A stretch of DNA of 64,000 nt from Clostridia bacterium (GTDB lineage Bacteria > CBDUZB01 > JAGLHV01). This document shows, piece after piece, positions 55,695 through 64,000 of the stretch. The notes under the pieces are model-generated. The model was not told the origin of the DNA, made no database searches, and saw nothing but the letters and a program-made list of their open reading frames with translations. Position 1 is the stretch's first letter, and each line of letters opens with the position of its first letter. Location: contig DAOVVV010000004.1 in NCBI GenBank assembly GCA_030637025.1, forward strand, positions 1 to 64,000, given 5' to 3'. Made by a program: the position numbers and the translations under genes.

Positions 55695-58600
55695 TCACGC
55701 AAGTTCTTTATAATAATCCTGTAAGGATTTAGGTAAATTTTTGTCCTTAGCTACAGATTGAATACCTTCAACACTAGCCTGGGCAGCCATTAATGAAGTA
55801 ATATACGGAATCTTATACTGTATCGCCTCCATGCGAATAAAACTATCATCGTATTTGCCGCTGCGTCCAATAGGTGTATTTATGATAAGATTGATTTCTT
55901 TGTTTTTTATTGCATCGGTAATATTGGGTTTGCCTTCATGTAATTTCTTTAGCGTTATATTATCTATGCCCTTCTCTTTTAAGAAACAGCTGGTACCTCC
56001 TGTAGCATAAATATTAAACCCCATTTTCTTAAGATGTTGGGCAATAGAAACTAAACCGGGTTTATCTTTATCAGCTACGGTTAATAGAACATTCCCTTCC
56101 AGGGGAAGTTTAGTACCTGCAGCTTCCTGTGCTTTATAGAACGCAAGTCCAAAGGTTTCAGCAATTCCCATCACTTCACCGGTAGCTCTCATTTCCGGCC
56201 CTAATAGCGGATCTACCTCGGGAAACATATTAAACGGAAAAACCGCCTCTTTTACTCCTACATAAGGAAGTTTATAGGTTTTTAACTCGGGAAAATCTTT
56301 AACTTTTTTACCTAACATCACCTGAGTTGCTATACGGGCTATAGGAATTCCCGTAATTTTAGAAACTAAAGGAACCGTACGCGAAGCCCTGGGATTTGCT
56401 TCCAGAATATAGACTTTATCATCACAGATAGCATATTGTATATTCATTAAACCTATAACCTTCAACTCTTTTGCAATTTGAGCCGTATATTTCTCTATTG
56501 TTTTTAAAGAACTTTCTTTAATCGTTCTGGTGGGAATAGCACAGGCAGAATCTCCTGAATGAACACCCGCCAACTCTATATGTTGCATAATAGCAGCAAC
56601 AAATGTATCTTCCCCATCAGAAAGCGCATCGACTTCCATTTCAATGGCCTCTTCAAGAAATCGGTCAATAAGCATGGGATATTCAGGGCTAACCTGAATT
56701 GCTTTCCGGGCATAATTTAACAGCATAGTTTCATCATATATAATCTCCATCCCCCGCCCACCTAAAACAAAAGACGGCCTCACCATCAGGGGATAGCCTA
56801 TTTTTTTAGCAAGATTAACGGCTTCTTCCAAAGAACGTGCTGTGCCACTTTCCGGTTGGGGAATATCAAGAGCAAACATCTTTTCACGAAAACGTTCTCT
56901 ATCCTCCGCTAAATGAATACTCTCCGGTGATGTACCTAAAATTTTTACACCGTTATCTTCCAATTCCTTAGCGATATTCAAAGGAGTCTGCCCGCCAAAC
57001 TGGACAATTACGCCTTCCGGCTTTTCTTTTTCATAAATTGTCAGAACATCTTCAACGGTCAATGGTTCAAAATAGAGTTTGTTGGAAGTATCGTAATCAG
57101 TGGATACTGTTTCAGGATTACAGTTGACCATAATTGACTCATATTTTTCATCCCTCAGAGCAAAAGCTGCATGCACACAAGTATAATCAAATTCTATACC
57201 CTGGCCAATTCTATTGGGGCCGCCACCTAAAATCATTATTTTTTTATTTGACGAAACAGAAACTTCATCCTTGGCATTATAGGTAGAATAATAATAAGCT
57301 GCATCTGTTACACCACTGACAGGAACAGCCTCAAACCCTGTTTTCTTGCCAATTGCTAACCTTTTTTCTCTGACCTCTTTCTCTTTTATCTTAAAAAGAC
57401 CCGCTAAATACTTATCGGAAAAACCCCATTCTTTGGCTTGTTCCAGTTTTTTATCCGGGAGTTCTTTCCATGCAAACTTTAGTACTTCCTCTTCAAAATC
57501 AACCAATTCTTTCATTTCCTGAATAAACCAACGGCCAATATGGGTCAACTGATAAAGTTCTTCTACCTCCGCTCCCTTGCGCAAGGCCTCATACACTAAA
57601 AAAATACGTTCACTTGAGGCATAAGCTAACTTCTCTTTTAATCTTTCCAGTGAAAGCGACTTAAAATCTTTAGCCCCTCCCAGACCATATCTTTTTATTT
57701 CCAGTGAGCGAATGGCTTTTTGAAATGACTCTTTAAATGTTTTGGCAATACTCATTACTTCCCCTACCGCTTTCATTTGCGTTCCTATTCTATCCTGGGC
57801 ACGAGGAAATTTCTCAAAGGCCCAACGGGGAAATTTAATAACTACATACTCTCCGCTGGGTTGATATTTATCCAGAGTCCCTTCCTTCCAATAGGGAATT
57901 TCATCCATTGTTATTCCTACAGCCAGTTTGGTGGAAATAAGTGCAATCGGAAATCCTGTTGCTTTTGAAGCAAGCGCGGAAGAACGTGATGTCCGGGGAT
58001 TAATCTCAATTACCACTAATCTATCATCTTTCAGATTATGAGCAAACTGGACGTTTGTTCCCCCAAGCACACCAATGGCCTCTACTATTTTGTATGAAAT
58101 TACCTGCATCCGTCGTTGTAATTCCTGCGGAACTGTAAGCATGGGTGCTGAACAAAAACTATCACCGGTATGAACCCCCATTGCATCAATATTTTCAATA
58201 AAACAGACTGTAATCTTTTGATTTTTTTGGTCTCTGACTACCTCAAGTTCCAATTCTTCCCAGCCTAAAACAGATTCCTCAACTAAAACCTGATGTACTA
58301 AACTCACGGCTAATCCCCTGCTTACCACATCTCTTAATTCTTCAACATTATAAGCAATTCCCCCTCCTGTTCCGCCCATGGTATAGGCCGGCCGTAAAAC
58401 AACAGGATACCCGGTTTTTTCAACTATCTTTTCAGCTTCTTCAACAGAATAACATGGTTCGGACCAGGGAACAGATATGCCTAATTTATTCATCGTTTCT
58501 TTGAAAATAATGCGATCTTCACCACGTTCAATAGCATCAATCTTAACACCGATAACCTCTACATTATATTTATCTAAAACCCCGGCTTTATGAAGGCCGG

Positions 58601-58898
58601 AGGCGAGATTAAGCCCGGTTTGTCCTCCCAGATTAGGAAGAAGGGCATCCGGTTTTTCTTTTTCGATAATTTTTTCCAAACTCTCTAAAGTAAGTGGTTC
58701 CACATAGGTTTTATCAGCCATCCCCGGGTCGGTCATTATCGTCGCCGGATTGGAATTAACCAGGATTACCTCATACCCCTGCTCTTTCAAAGCCTTACAA
58801 GCCTGGGTTCCCGAATAATCAAACTCACAGGCCTGTCCTATTATTATGGGGCCGGAACCGATGATTAATACTTTATGAATATCTGTTCTCTTGGGCAT
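55695..58898 (-). CDS. carB: Carbamoyl-phosphate synthase large subunit
   Basis: MPKRTDI...GSGPIIIGQACEFDYSG; GPNRIGQGIEFDY; MGS domain. Confidence 0.98.
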   Translation of the reverse strand: MPKRTDIHKVLIIGSGPIIIGQACEFDYSGTQACKALKEQGYEVILVNSNPATIMTDPGMADKTYVEPLTLESLEKIIEKEKPDALLPNLGGQTGLNLASGLHKAGVLDKYNVEVIGVKIDAIERGEDRIIFKETMNKLGISVPWSEPCYSVEEAEKIVEKTGYPVVLRPAYTMGGTGGGIAYNVEELRDVVSRGLAVSLVHQVLVEESVLGWEELELEVVRDQKNQKITVCFIENIDAMGVHTGDSFCSAPMLTVPQELQRRMQVISYKIVEAIGVLGGTNVQFAHNLKDDRLVVIEINPRTSRSSALASKATGFPIALISTKLAVGITMDEIPYWKEGTLDKYQPSGEYVVIKFPRWAFEKFPRAQDRIGTQMKAVGEVMSIAKTFKESFQKAIRSLEIKRYGLGGAKDFKSLSLERLKEKLAYASSERIFLVYEALRKGAEVEELYQLTHIGRWFIQEMKELVDFEEEVLKFAWKELPDKKLEQAKEWGFSDKYLAGLFKIKEKEVREKRLAIGKKTGFEAVPVSGVTDAAYYYSTYNAKDEVSVSSNKKIMILGGGPNRIGQGIEFDYTCVHAAFALRDEKYESIMVNCNPETVSTDYDTSNKLYFEPLTVEDVLTIYEKEKPEGVIVQFGGQTPLNIAKELEDNGVKILGTSPESIHLAEDRERFREKMFALDIPQPESGTARSLEEAVNLAKKIGYPLMVRPSFVLGGRGMEIIYDETMLLNYARKAIQVSPEYPMLIDRFLEEAIEMEVDALSDGEDTFVAAIMQHIELAGVHSGDSACAIPTRTIKESSLKTIEKYTAQIAKELKVIGLMNIQYAICDDKVYILEANPRASRTVPLVSKITGIPIARIATQVMLGKKVKDFPELKTYKLPYVGVKEAVFPFNMFPEVDPLLGPEMRATGEVMGIAETFGLAFYKAQEAAGTKLPLEGNVLLTVADKDKPGLVSIAQHLKKMGFNIYATGGTSCFLKEKGIDNITLKKLHEGKPNITDAIKNKEINLIINTPIGRSGKYDDSFIRMEAIQYKIPYITSLMAAQASVEGIQSVAKDKNLPKSLQDYYKELA

Positions 58899-58997
58899 AA
58901 TTCATACTCCTTTTGAATAAATGAATAATAGATTTCCGAAAATATTAAAAAGTATTTTATAACTTATCACTTATATTTGTCAAGTAAAGAACAATCT

Positions 58998-59840
58998 TCA
59001 TTTGAAAACCCATTTCTTCTTCTGCTTTTGCATGTTTTCCAAACTAGCTTTTTTTATAATTATAATTTCTTCACCGTCTGCCTCTAATAATTGGAGTGCC
59101 TCATAATCGGAAAAATCATATTTATAACAAACATTATCGACTGTTTCCATTAATAATTCTAAAAAATCATCCCACATATATTCCGAAGAATCCATGTTTT
59201 CTTCTACTTCCAGCCTACACCTAAAAGTGATTAATTCATTATCCTCTTCCTCTTTATCCACAACATCTATATAAAAACCGGGAACGGAGATATTTTTCTG
59301 ATTGATTTGGTTATTAAGCCGTTGAACAATTTGCGCAGCCAAAAAAGAAGGTAAATCAATTTCCGAAAGAGAAAAACTATCTTTATCCCAAAAATTCTGA
59401 GGGATTAATTCTAAAACTAATCGGTTAAAATAATCTTCTTGAGCCATATATCCCGAAATATACTTTTTTATATCAGCTACATACCTGGTAAAAGAAATTT
59501 CCATCTGGGAAACAGGATCTTTACAGGTAATCCTAAAAAATCTTAATGGGGCATCGGTACTTAAAGAAACCCGGGTTACAGTTAAAAAAACCCGGTCCAT
59601 TTTTCCTCTTGCTTGTTTATCAAATAAAAAATTTTCCCCGATTAAATTGTCTAATACTATACAAACTCCCAGTGTTTCTCCTTCAATTTTTGCTTCTACC
59701 TCTAAATCATACTTTTCTTTACATGTTTTAATTATTGATTCTAAAACTTTTCCTTTAGGATAACTAGGAGCACAGGATATAAGGGCCGTTACTAAAAAAC
59801 CATAAATCAATAAAGAAATTACTTCTTTTTTTTTCCTCAT
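58998..59840 (-). CDS. Hypothetical lipoprotein
   Basis: Lipobox LISC followed by APSYPK; start set at ATG 59840. Confidence 0.75.
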   Translation of the reverse strand: MRKKKEVISLLIYGFLVTALISCAPSYPKGKVLESIIKTCKEKYDLEVEAKIEGETLGVCIVLDNLIGENFLFDKQARGKMDRVFLTVTRVSLSTDAPLRFFRITCKDPVSQMEISFTRYVADIKKYISGYMAQEDYFNRLVLELIPQNFWDKDSFSLSEIDLPSFLAAQIVQRLNNQINQKNISVPGFYIDVVDKEEEDNELITFRCRLEVEENMDSSEYMWDDFLELLMETVDNVCYKYDFSDYEALQLLEADGEEIIIIKKASLENMQKQKKKWVFK

Positions 59841-59850
59841 AAATATGTTT

Positions 59851-61473
59851 TTATTTGTTTTTTCCTTCCTGTTTTTTGCCATATTCATTAAAAATCGATT
59901 CTATTTCATCATACTCTAATTCTTCTTTTTCCAATAATTCAGCAGCAAACCTATCCAAAAGAACCATCTCTTGTTTAAGCAATTTCTCAACTTCTTTAAC
60001 ACATTCCTGAAAAATTTGATTTGTCTGATTATTTAATTTTTCTTTTACCGAATCTGAGAGTTGTGTCGGTGGAATAATAGTATAATCTCCCAGATAATCC
60101 CCTTTACCCATTCCACACTTCCAAACCATATTATGTGCCTGCCACATAGCATTTTTAAAATCGGAGGACACTCCGTCGGAAGTGACTTTCAACTTCAATT
60201 TTTCGGCTACATAACCTCCCACAGACACCTTAATATTAGCCATAATTCGCTCACGATTAGAAGTGAACCATTCCTCCCGGGGCTGATGATAAACAGCTCC
60301 CAGCGATCCTCTTCTGGAAATAATAGATGCTTTAAATACATCATCCGTCGGATGCAAAATATACATCACAATTAAATGTCCGCTTTCATGGTAAGCAACC
60401 ATTTTCCTTTCCTCTTCAGTTAGCTTTCTTTTATGTTTTATTCCCATATCTATCCGTTCGATAGCTTCACTTATTTCTTTCAAGGAAACCTCCTCTTTTT
60501 TTTGCCTATCAGCAATCAAAGCGGCTTCTTTAACTATATTTTCAATATCTGCCGGGCTTTTATAAACAGTCTTCCTGGCTAATCGTCCGATATCCATGGC
60601 CTCATCATATTTTATTTTTTGCAGATAATATTTAAAAATTGCTTCTCTTCCTTCCAGACTCGGCTTATCTATATATATTTTACGGTCAAATCTTCCCGGC
60701 CGCAGTAATGCATCGTCTAAAGTCGATTCTGCCGCATTGGTTGCCCCAATGACCACAACATTATAATCTTTATCCTTTAATCCATCCATCTCTGCTAATA
60801 ATTGATTTTGTGTGCTGTTGGTTTCTTCCGTTCCTCCAAAAACACTAAAAACCCTTTTACGCCCCACGGCATCAATTTCATCAAGAAAAATTATACAAGC
60901 CCCATGAGCATAAGCCAGAAGACGGGCTTTCTTAAAAAGTTTTCTTATACGGCTTGCCCCTACTCCCACAAATATTTCTACAAATTCACTTCCGGACATA
61001 GAAAGAAAAGGCACCTTGGTTTCCGTAGCAATAGCTTTAGCTAGATAAGTTTTTCCACAACCCGGAGGACCTACCATTAAAAGCCCTCTTAAAATTTTTC
61101 CTCCGATTTTTTTTTGTTTAGTTCTATCTCTAAGTAATTGCACTACTTCCCATGCTTCTTCTTTGGCCTCTTCCATTCCGATAATATCGCTCCATCTTAC
61201 ATTAACCGCATGACCTTTAATTTTAGACTTTTCAAGTTTAGCAAACCCCCCTCCGTAATGTAATCGATATAATAAATAAACAAATACCCCGGTCTGAATC
61301 AATCCGAAGAAAGGCCATACGGAAGTAGAAGCTAATATAGAAAGCCGTTGATAAGAATCCACGATAGAAAGCATAATGAACGGATATAAAATAATTGCAA
61401 TTAGAAATACACCAATTATCACTTTTACCCAATGATTCATCCAAAATAATTTCATTTTTTTTCTATTAAACAT
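59851..61473 (-). CDS. FtsH-like AAA+ zinc metalloprotease with short N-terminus
   Basis: [40 protein letters not shown]. Confidence 0.92.
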   Translation of the reverse strand: MFNRKKMKLFWMNHWVKVIIGVFLIAIILYPFIMLSIVDSYQRLSILASTSVWPFFGLIQTGVFVYLLYRLHYGGGFAKLEKSKIKGHAVNVRWSDIIGMEEAKEEAWEVVQLLRDRTKQKKIGGKILRGLLMVGPPGCGKTYLAKAIATETKVPFLSMSGSEFVEIFVGVGASRIRKLFKKARLLAYAHGACIIFLDEIDAVGRKRVFSVFGGTEETNSTQNQLLAEMDGLKDKDYNVVVIGATNAAESTLDDALLRPGRFDRKIYIDKPSLEGREAIFKYYLQKIKYDEAMDIGRLARKTVYKSPADIENIVKEAALIADRQKKEEVSLKEISEAIERIDMGIKHKRKLTEEERKMVAYHESGHLIVMYILHPTDDVFKASIISRRGSLGAVYHQPREEWFTSNRERIMANIKVSVGGYVAEKLKLKVTSDGVSSDFKNAMWQAHNMVWKCGMGKGDYLGDYTIIPPTQLSDSVKEKLNNQTNQIFQECVKEVEKLLKQEMVLLDRFAAELLEKEELEYDEIESIFNEYGKKQEGKNK

Positions 61474-61567
61474 TACTCCTCCTTAACTTTTTTTCGTTTA
61501 AGATGACTAAATTATCCTAATTTATTCAGCTTTGGCATTTTAACATTGCGGCTATTATACTTATTTT

Positions 61568-63424
61568 TTAGTCTGCGGTCAATAATTTATTATACGGCAT
61601 ATTCTCCTTTTTTAACTTCCTTAATTCTTCCTGCACAAAAATATTTTCCGGGTCTAATTTTAAAACTTCTTTATATTTATTCATTGCCAGAGTATCTTTT
61701 CCTTCTACACTATAAATATACCCTAAATTAATCCTAATTTTAATTGCAGCAGGATCTAATTCCAGAGATTTTTTATATTTTTCAATCGCCTCATTATATA
61801 AACCCTGTAAAGCATATAAAGTTCCTAGATTTTTGTAGGGAGCAACAAATTCAGAGTTTATTTTTATTGCTAACTCATATTCCTCAACTGCCCTATCATA
61901 CAACTTTATCCGGACATAGCAAAGACCAAGATTATTGTGAATATCAGCATTATCAGTAACCAACCTTAAAACTTTTCTGTATTCCTTTATTGCCTGATTA
62001 TATAAAGTTTTTTTCATATAAATATTTCCCAGATTAATTCGGGCTGATTCAAAATATGGATTTAACTGCAAACTTTTTTTATATTCTCTAACTGCATCAT
62101 CGTATAAACCCTTACACTGATAATCCCAGCCCAGATCAAAACGAAGCCGGAAATTATCGGGATATCGTTTGCAAAGGATTAAATCTCTGGTTAGTGCGTC
62201 TCTCCGATTAAAATTTTCTTTTATTACTCTGAAGGAATAACCTACTAAAATAAAAATTAAAAAAATTTTTACCAGGTTTTTCATTAAGGAAGATTTTAAA
62301 CTAACCAAAATATAGTTAAAGCCTATCGCCAATAACAAACACCCTCCTACTGAGGGAATATACAAATAGCGGCTTGAAAAAAAGTGACGAAAAGGAAGTA
62401 ATATTATCATAGGAAAAAGATTTAAAAAAATCCATAAAAAACACCAAAATATTTTTTTAGTAGTATATCTATATAATCCCACACCGAACAATACGACAAC
62501 AGTATTTACTACTATGCCCAGCAGAAATACCGGGTCGGTTAAAGATACAGGCACATGCAAAGCGTAATAAGAGCACAAATTAACAGGGAAAACTAACAAT
62601 TTAATATAATAAAAACTAAAGGCAACCATTTTTAAAACATCAAAATAGATTTGATTTTCTTTAAACGAACAATTAAAAATTGATCCCGTTATGTCTTGTA
62701 AAAAACATACCCTAACCCAAAGGTAGAAAATTGTTATTAAAATATAACCGGAATAAGAAGATATCATTCTTTTAATAAATTTATTCTTTTTTTGTTCAGG
62801 AAGAAAACAATAATCATAAGAAATAATTATTAAAGGCAAAACGATACTAACTTCTTTGGAAAATAAAGCAAATAAATAAAAAAAATTCGACAAAACCCTT
62901 AAACATAGCAGAGATTTTCCTCTTTTTTCTTTTCTTTCTTCAATTTTTACATATAAATAAAAAGATAATAATAAAAACATACAAGCCAATAAATTTTCAT
63001 TAAAAGTAATACAGGACACTGCCTCAACATGGTTGGGATAGGAAACAAAAAACAATCCGGATAAAAAGGCTACTTTTTTATTTGCGAATAGAAAATAAGC
63101 CAGGAAATATACTAACAGAGCATTAAAAATATGATTTAAAATATTTGAAAGATAATATCCAAAAGGATTTAACTTCCATAGTTTATAATTAATAAAATAA
63201 GACAGGGTTGTTATCGGACGGTAACTAATACCTTGTGTTTCTTTGGAAAAATTAAAATAATTTTTATTAAAAAGATCGGGAAGATTACTAAAATCTTTAA
63301 TAAAATCATTATTTTCTATATGCTTATGATCTTCCCAAATAAAAGAATTACTTAATGAATTGGCATAAATAACAAAGCCAAAAACAATAATCAGAACAAT
63401 GTATTTTATATGAATTTTTATCAT
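61568..63424 (-). CDS. TMTC-like GT-C membrane protein with C-terminal TPRs
   Basis: FIWED, YRPI, SKE, RYLYIP, multiple TPRs. Confidence 0.85.
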   Translation of the reverse strand: MIKIHIKYIVLIIVFGFVIYANSLSNSFIWEDHKHIENNDFIKDFSNLPDLFNKNYFNFSKETQGISYRPITTLSYFINYKLWKLNPFGYYLSNILNHIFNALLVYFLAYFLFANKKVAFLSGLFFVSYPNHVEAVSCITFNENLLACMFLLLSFYLYVKIEERKEKRGKSLLCLRVLSNFFYLFALFSKEVSIVLPLIIISYDYCFLPEQKKNKFIKRMISSYSGYILITIFYLWVRVCFLQDITGSIFNCSFKENQIYFDVLKMVAFSFYYIKLLVFPVNLCSYYALHVPVSLTDPVFLLGIVVNTVVVLFGVGLYRYTTKKIFWCFLWIFLNLFPMIILLPFRHFFSSRYLYIPSVGGCLLLAIGFNYILVSLKSSLMKNLVKIFLIFILVGYSFRVIKENFNRRDALTRDLILCKRYPDNFRLRFDLGWDYQCKGLYDDAVREYKKSLQLNPYFESARINLGNIYMKKTLYNQAIKEYRKVLRLVTDNADIHNNLGLCYVRIKLYDRAVEEYELAIKINSEFVAPYKNLGTLYALQGLYNEAIEKYKKSLELDPAAIKIRINLGYIYSVEGKDTLAMNKYKEVLKLDPENIFVQEELRKLKKENMPYNKLLTAD

Positions 63425-63460
63425 TTATCTCAGAAGACAATCCGGATATGGCTCAATTAA

Positions 63461-63868
63461 TTAAAAATGTATTTTCATTGCCCGGGGAGGACAGGCCGTT
63501 ATACATAATCCACAAGCAATACATTTTTCATTATAAAAATTTATTTTACGGGTAGAGGGGTCTACCTGCAAAGCACCTGTCGGACAAATAGTTACACAGG
63601 CCCCGCAATGAGTACACCTTTCTTCATTGCGGCTAACATCCTGACTTAAAAGCTGAACTTTTACTCCTATATTGGATAAATATTTAATACTCTTTTTATA
63701 ATCCGAATCCGTCCCTTTCAGTTCCAAAACCAATAACCCTTCTTCGCGGGGAGTAACATATGCTTTTAAAATATTAAACTCTAAATTATAATCTTTAACC
63801 AATTTGTATACTATAGGCTGATCTACTAATTGATGCGGAAATTTTAAAACAATTTTTTTAGCAATCAT
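63461..63868 (-). CDS. NIL-domain 2x[4Fe-4S] ferredoxin
   Basis: FNILKA NIL domain; CTHCGACVTICP and CIACGLCITACP. Confidence 0.92.
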   Translation of the reverse strand: MIAKKIVLKFPHQLVDQPIVYKLVKDYNLEFNILKAYVTPREEGLLVLELKGTDSDYKKSIKYLSNIGVKVQLLSQDVSRNEERCTHCGACVTICPTGALQVDPSTRKINFYNEKCIACGLCITACPPRAMKIHF

Positions 63869-64000
63869 CGTTACCTCCTGTTTTTTTTGTTTTATACTTT
63901 TTTATCAAATTCAAGCAACTACCCTACAGCAAACCATAGACCCTTCGACTCCCTACAAGGAAGTTTATGCTGAACAAAACGAAGTGCTCAGGATCAATGA

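Overview
AT-rich bacterial window, with genes almost all on the minus strand. The gene set (PEP-CTERM protein, DUF748, short FtsH-like protease plus lipoprotein) loosely suggests an Omnitrophota-like candidate phylum; this is inference only. Housekeeping ends: rex-nuoE-nuoF with a Rex operator on the left; typA, deaD, tRNA-Met/Val/Asp, mnmA, carB and an FtsH-like gene on the right. Between about 2.8 and 45.7 kb lie accessory genes: a Lamassu/ABC-3C system, nuclease-, HEPN- and DUF5677-like genes, an HD dNTPase-like gene, a lipid synthesis/export cluster and several beta-propeller surface proteins. These are repeatedly separated by about 20 whole or partial small elements with GGGGAC(G/A)...(C/T)GTCCCC termini. 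Several of these elements look like internally deleted Y1/RAYT-type transposase genes that keep the promoter, first codons (MPRKARIDMPG) and C-terminal HTH. The layout resembles a gene-cassette array built on HUH-transposase ends, but no intact transposase or integrase is in the window. A c-di-GMP-I riboswitch with a terminator heads the defence-rich half. Also present: a group II intron 3' remnant, an IS110 fragment, possible integron traces and a three-layer nested MITE/REP structure. All annotations are by motif recognition only; no searches were run.
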